A DNA stretch of 42,686 nucleotides from Octopus bimaculoides (lineage: Eukaryota), in assembly GCF_001194135.2 (NCBI RefSeq), contig NC_068991.1:23411793-23454478 (forward strand), read 5' to 3'. The notes under the pieces were generated by a model. That model was given only the letters and a program-made list of their open reading frames with translations, made no database searches and was not told where the DNA came from. Below, in pieces: positions 36,550-42,686 of the stretch (within the stretch, counting starts at the first letter, position 1; each line of letters starts with the position of its first letter). Both the position numbers and the translations under genes were made by a program.

Positions 36550-37431
36550 GGTATTTCAAAAATTCTGATATCATTTGAGATGTAAATATCACAGAAACTA
36601 CATAGTTAAAGCAAATGAAACTAAAACAGGCTTAATGTTGAGTATAAGATTTATTCCTCCAAATCTGAATGAGAAATTCAAAGGTATGTGGATTCCATGA
36701 ATGATTTCACAAATGTTCAATATGCGCACCACCTGAGACACAGCACACGTCAAGTCGGTAGTCTAGCTCCTCCCAAACACGCTGCAGCATGTCATGGTAA
36801 TGGTCTCCAGTGCGGTAGTGATTCTCTGCTCAAGTTCCTCTTGGTTTGCAGGAAGAAGTGGGGACATAGACCAGGCCCTTCACATAGCCCCATGTTGGGG
36901 CTTTTGTTTGTCATCTGCCGTTATGGCTTGAACGAGCTGCAGCTTGTTGGGTTTTATTAACAAGTATTTCCTCAGGACGCTGTCAAACTGTTGCTGGAAG
37001 AATCTGGGTTTCCAGATTTGTTCTTCTGGACTTCTTGGGGCTTCGCAAGAGTTTTTGGTAAACTCACTCGACTGTCTCTTCTGATGTTAGTGGTCATCCA
37101 AATCCTTTTGCCCTACACAAACAGCCTTTCTCTTTGAATTTTTTGTGCCATGTCCAAATCTGCATTGCCATTGGTGACTTTTTGGAGAACTCTCTCACAA
37201 ATGCACGCTGCACAGTCTTGTTCGACTGTGTTCGAGCATACTCCAACACACAAAACGCCTTTTCTCTTCCAATAAATGCCATTTCTATACCTGAAAAGAT
37301 AAACATATCAAACATTAAAGATAAAATTTTGACCTGTTTCTTCACATGCTGTTAAAATTTAAAGTCATTTGAACAAGAACTGGCAAAGTTATTAGAATGC
37401 AAAATGATATCAAATTTTTTTAAAACACCTC
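36547..37431 (-). mobile_element. Internally deleted Tc1/mariner-superfamily transposon
   Basis: About 30-bp imperfect TIRs (cagggtatttcaaaaattctgatatcattt; right end aaatgatatcaaatttttttaaaacacct), with TA before the left end. N-terminus EKAFCVLEYARTQSNKTVQRAF...SPKKSRR; C-terminus WGYVKGLVY...DMLQRVWEELDYRLDVC..GGAHIEHL*. The catalytic middle is missing. Confidence 0.88.
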
Positions 37432-37928
37432 CCATGAATGTGTGTGTGTGCGTGCGTAGACAAAAGAATGAAGATAATGGTACTACATTCTGTAATCAAT
37501 CAAGATGATGGTTATACATACAAATTATTTTTCTGTCCTTTACAAAGTTAATAAATTATTCCTAAGCCGAGTTAAATTAACCAACTGGTGAGAAACAACG
37601 TCTGTTGATTCTCATAAGTTGCCTATTGAAGGCAATATTTACTCAATCTGCATCGTTATTTCCCCAAATTTTGGATTAGTTGATATTTCCCTTGGTTTAC
37701 ATTTTGAATACTCCAACCACTTAAAGTGTTTGAAATTTTCACCAGATCGAAGTTCTCAACTATAACTATATTACATACGAAACACAGCGCTAACTACAAG
37801 ACTTAATTTCATAATATTCGAAGTATACCGCCATAATTATCTCCCTTGTCTTACACCGTTCTTTTGCCTCGCGGATAAATCAAATTTGTGTTTTGCTGGT
37901 TTGTGGTGTCCGTTTGTTGGATCTCAAC

Positions 37929-38765
37929 ATGAAAATTGACACGTACAAGAAAATCGTTGCAAAATTGAAAAATGTTCGACGCCGGGATGAATTACCAGAA
38001 TTATGTAGTGAATTTCCAAATGTGAGTATTGCTACTATGGGTAGTATATATTCACAAGAGAACCAGAAGAAACTACGGCGTACTCACCACTATCATTACA
38101 GTCCCAAACAGACAGCAGTATACTACAAGAAGTTTCTGGCTGCTCGTGATAAACAGGAAAAACATATCTTATATCGAATGTCAGAAGAAGCAGATTTTTC
38201 ACCATCGCAATTAGCTAGAATTGTTTTGGAAGAGCATCTCATGGTAACTCTTGACAAGGACCATATTCCAAAAGTAACTCTTTCTAAATATTTGAAATCT
38301 CCTTTGACAATTGATGATCACGTATTGTCAGCTGAAGTATTGGAATGTATAGCCGTCGACGATCACTACGGTCCCTTTACTGATTGTATCAAACATGCTA
38401 TTGGCTACGAATACGAATTCGAGTTGAAAAAAACCTTAGAATCACTCGCTCTACCTTACATCGGCGAGGAGGTGATGAGAGAGAAAGGTTATGATAAAAC
38501 ACCTGACATTAAGTTAGAGATACCTATTGCAGTGGACGGATATATTGTTAACTGGATCGAAAGTAAAGCATCATTTGGTGATGAGTTTAACCATGAGATA
38601 TATCTACGAGAACAGTACTGGAGCTACTGGAACCGATTTGGAGCTGGTATGGTTATTTATTGGTTTGGTTTTATTGACGAACTTGATGTAAATAAGGAAA
38701 AGGGAATCATTCTTAAAGATAGCTTCCCACAAAATATTGTTTTCTTCGATCCCACTGGTGACTAA
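37929..38765 (+). CDS. CDIN1: CDAN1-interacting nuclease 1 (C15orf41 family; HTH + PD-(D/E)XK/TPD domain), single coding exon, 278 aa
   Basis: Uninterrupted ORF from caacATG. C-terminal family signature HAIGYEYE..L...GYDKTPDIKLEIPIAVDGYIVNWIESKASFGDE...QYWSYWNRFGAGMVIYWFGFIDEL, recognised from memory of the family. Confidence 0.92.
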   Translation: MKIDTYKKIVAKLKNVRRRDELPELCSEFPNVSIATMGSIYSQENQKKLRRTHHYHYSPKQTAVYYKKFLAARDKQEKHILYRMSEEADFSPSQLARIVLEEHLMVTLDKDHIPKVTLSKYLKSPLTIDDHVLSAEVLECIAVDDHYGPFTDCIKHAIGYEYEFELKKTLESLALPYIGEEVMREKGYDKTPDIKLEIPIAVDGYIVNWIESKASFGDEFNHEIYLREQYWSYWNRFGAGMVIYWFGFIDELDVNKEKGIILKDSFPQNIVFFDPTGD

Positions 38766-41149
38766 CGAAGTACAATGCTAAAACAAATGAAGTTTGTGTA
38801 CAAAACAAGGGCATGCAGTGTACAAAGTCTGCTGCATGTTGAACTATTCATGTACAGTATATTGTCTAGCTCCCTCTACACTTTGAGATCAATCCCCTGC
38901 GCAGATAGCTTTACCTCCCATCCCATTTCAATAAGTTCCGTCTATTTTATAATTAGCCTTGCATATATGCAAGAAACCATACCGTGCGTGTATGTACATA
39001 TATATATAGGCGGACAATCCCCGTGAAAACGGAGAAATTCTAACTTGGTGCTTCCTAAGTCCGACGTCCACCCATATACATATATATGTGTATGAGTGTA
39101 CATTGTACAGTGGGGAGGTCGGTACTTTTTCGTCTTTAAGGCCCCTAAAAGTGAAACAGTTTTATCACCTTCATTAGCTGGCTTATAAAATGAAAGTTTT
39201 CTGAACTGGAGGATCACTTGAATTAATTTATTCTCTCCTCTTTCCTGTCAGTTTTATTATCCACAGTTTTACTTTCAATACACATTTATGCGTGTCCTGC
39301 TAGAGACCTACAGCAAAATAAAAAAAATGTTTTTCTCACTTTGAAAAAACAACCGGACCTACGACTAAATGATTGTTCTCTCTTAACGATAAAGCGATCT
39401 CACGGGAAAAGAAAAATAATAAATGAAACTATCTGAGACAAGTACTTAGTAAAATAGCAAACAGGATCTCTGATTGGACCTGCACGACTGAATGAATGAT
39501 GAAAACATACTGTGGATAAAACAGGCAAGTAAATGAGGAATTAATTATTTCATAATAAAGGTTTCCTACATTTGCACAAAATTACAAAATTGTAGGAGAA
39601 AATGAACCACCCAAGTATATTAAAATGAGAGATTGACAGCATACAGGGATAATTACTTTTTTTTTTTTTTTTTTTTATAATTGTTTCATTTTCAGGAAAT
39701 CCTGGAAACGAAATAGCCCTTCCTATTCTATGAATTAAAAAACTTTTTTCAGAAAACAGAACAATATAATCTCCCGACAATCTCTGTATGAAGAAAGAAA
39801 AAATTGTAGAAAAAGCAAAACTTGATATTTAAAAAAAAAAATAACATTATTAAAACATATTTAAACAAAAATTGCTGTGGTATTTTTTAAATTTACCATT
39901 TAACTATTTGCTAACAATCAAATAGTTTGTTGCGTCGTCTACAATCAAAGGTATTCCAGCGGTAATCTCCTTGATTTCTTTAGGGGGTGGGGGAGGGGGT
40001 TCTTTTCAGATGTGGTGTGTTTAGAACATCAGTTAATGTGGCCTTTTAAGAAAAAAAAAAGATAGTAGTATGATTTGAATGAGATTTGTCTGATATTTCT
40101 AACAAGTCGAATGACCACGTAAAACCCTCCTCGTTGGTTACTTTAAATATTGCTTGATCCAGGAATGATTAAAAACATTCCTGCCAGACAGCCTCTCTCC
40201 TTTTCTGGTACACCCAGTATCACATCTAAAATGCCCTCTTTTTTTAAAGGTTTGTGGGAGATGTAGCTGCTAATTCTAGTTGGTCTACCTACCACATACC
40301 GTTTCATCCTTCCATAGCGTGTTCCAGTGTCTTGTTATTGTTTAGTCTCAAATCGACACTAATTAAGCAGACCTGTGATCAAAAGCATTACAACTGAGAT
40401 CATTCAATCTTATGGTACACCTCCACTGTTAGCGTCCAGAGAAAAAATCGAGGGGAAGTAATCACGGTTAAACATTTTTTCAAAGCTATCGGAATCAGAT
40501 ATTTTCTTCACTCATCTCTAAGCTTGGAAACAATAGAAGAAAAAAATAGTTTACATACATAAATCATAAATGTTTATTCAATTCTATTGGATACCAATTA
40601 AAAAATATAGTTACATAAATTGATTCTAGCATCATGTTTCTGTCCACCTCACATAAATTTATCTGACTTGATAAAGTATTGTTCACACATCTAGTTATCA
40701 ATCAAGTCTGTTTTATTCAAGCATAAACCAATGTCTCACTCACGTCTATTCATCCCGTTGACCACACAAGGTCTGGACTGATTAAGAACAAATCCAAAGA
40801 ATTCCACAGTTCAATTGCACTGATTCCACTAGTAATATGCCCCAAGTAATCAGAAAAATCTGCTCAGCTTAATGATTTTGTCATGTTATTTACACCCACA
40901 TCATCTAGTCAATCTCTTTCACCATCATTGCATTCTGGAGGAGATAGCTTTGCACGTCTTTAATTCCTCTTCATCTACAGCACTTACAGGTAGAAATAAG
41001 GTTCATGACCCCTGCTAATCTCCAATCTGTATCAACTGTCACCTTATTCACTTTTTGTTATTCTCCACCTGACTTTTTTTTCAACTGAGTTTGTATCCTC
41101 CTCAGCCTCTATGAATGTTAATTCACTGCTTCATTGTGGCCTCTGTAGT

Positions 41150-41495
41150 GGAGGCCCAGTGGTTAGGGCAGTGGACTCGCGGTTTCGATTCCCAGACTGG
41201 GCGTTGTGAGTGTTTATTGAGCGAAAACACCTAAAGCTCCACGAGGTTCCGGCAGCGGGTCGTGGTGAGCCCTGCTGTACTCTTTCACCACAACTTTCTC
41301 TCACTCTTACTTCTTGTTTCTGTTGTGCCTGTAATTCAAAGGGTCAGCCTTGTCACGCTGAATATCCCTGAGAACTATGTTAAGGGTACACGTGTCTGTG
41401 GAGTGCTCAGCCACTTGCACGTTAATTTCATGAGCAGGCTGTTCCGTTGATCGGATCAACTGGAACCCTCGACGGAGTGCCAACAACAACAACAT
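41150..41495 (+). mobile_element. tRNA-headed SINE with (CAA)n tail
   Basis: A-box cagtggttagg, B-box-like ggtttcgattccc, tail caacaacaacaac; homologous to 21242-21560. Confidence 0.8.
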
Positions 41496-42449
41496 GTGGC
41501 CTCTGTACTTATACAAACAGCATTTGAAGTAAGTAAAATGCCACTTGCATCACAGGAACTGTGATTTTGCCTGCACAAAAGAACTATCATTAATCACTAA
41601 TTATATAAAAATAATTGGAAAAAAAACCCAAAGTTCTACAAAGATAATTAATATAAAAAATGAAATAATTAAAAAATAGGAAAAATATACCCACTTAGAA
41701 AAACAAGCTATTAAAAAAATATTAAATTGTCAGTTACCAAACAGATCGCAAGTTTTGGTCAAATTATACTCTCTCTGTCTATCTGATTCATAAAGATTGT
41801 TCTTTTCTTGCTTGTCTCTTTTCACATATATGACAATGAAGCTAGTACACTCATGTTTACTAAGAAACAACAATTTGAATTAGTCAAAACATAACCAACA
41901 ATTTTCAAGTCTAGGGCAAACCTGCAAGAAATCAATGAATGCCAAATTCAGTGAATATGACATAACAAACAGATGCAGTCTGTCTTCTCTCTACTTTTGT
42001 CCTGTGTCGTGTTGAGTCCTCCAATCAGAAAGGTAATCACTTTCTTTCCAGTGGAGTCTGGTCCTGGAAGTGATGGTCTTTACTCCCAACATCTTAAAGA
42101 TGGCATCTCCCTTATCCACTGGTGACTGGACTTCAACGTTTGGAATGTAACATGCAGTTCATGAACAAATTTGCTCCTGAGAGTTATCTCCCCTATATAC
42201 ATACCCCTGTTATGGTTCATAGCCACGTGTTCTTGAAATAGATGTTTCTGCTTTTAAAAAACGAAATATTCCCAGCTACATTAAACAGATTCTCTTGAAC
42301 AAACTACATTATGAGGAAAACTGGGTCACATTACATTGTTGATTGGCAAATATTTGAGTTATAAGCCAACGGTTAAATAGGGTAAAATTCTGAAAACAAG
42401 GAAACTGGTGATTCACATGAACAGTAATGAGTCTATATGAGAGTTTGGT

Positions 42450-42619
42450 CAAAATTTCATTGATTGTGAGGAGGAGATAATCTAAATAATGGACCCTTGT
42501 TTTTGTTAACAACAGTTAAATGGTTAGTGCATCCCAAAATTTCATTGATTGTGAGGAGGGGATAATCTAAATAATGGACCCTTGTTTTTGTTAACAACAG
42601 TTAAATGGTTAGTGCATCC
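42450..42619. repeat. 85-bp tandem duplication (one mismatch)
   Basis: 42450-42534 versus 42535-42619. Confidence 0.9.
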
Positions 42620-42686
42620 AGATTTTTATAACCAACAACAAATTAGTACTCTCTCTTACTCTTTTACTTGTTTCAGTCATTTGACT

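Noticed and set aside
37893-37928. N-terminal extension of CDIN1 suggested by the ORF track
   Set aside because: It starts at a non-ATG codon. The first ATG at 37929 has good context and gives a family-typical length.

Overview
AT-rich eukaryotic genomic DNA, dense in microsatellites and repeats, with six N-gaps. The repeat style (tRNA-headed SINEs carrying (CA)n/(TA)n tracts) suggests an octopus/cephalopod genome, but this is an inference. Two genes are arranged head-to-head. (1) On the minus strand is a complete 11-exon mitochondrial 3-ketoacyl-CoA thiolase (ACAA2-like): CDS 32337 to 7376, 1197 nt, 398 aa, all introns GT-AG, all thiolase catalytic motifs present. (2) On the plus strand is an intronless CDIN1/C15orf41 orthologue (37929-38765, 278 aa). 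The remaining sequence is mostly SINEs, RTE/Tx1/Penelope retroelement remnants, two Tc1/mariner relics, a solo LTR, a foldback MITE and two minisatellites. The most notable signal is a set of minimal hammerhead-ribozyme motifs from different repeat families, found by eye. The two best are both on the minus strand: 29060-29105, and 33620-33662 with a compensatory U3-A8 core. One family appears to join a tRNA-like Pol III head to the hammerhead (Sm-alpha/retrozyme-like). All alignments and folds were done by eye; no searches or folding programs were run.
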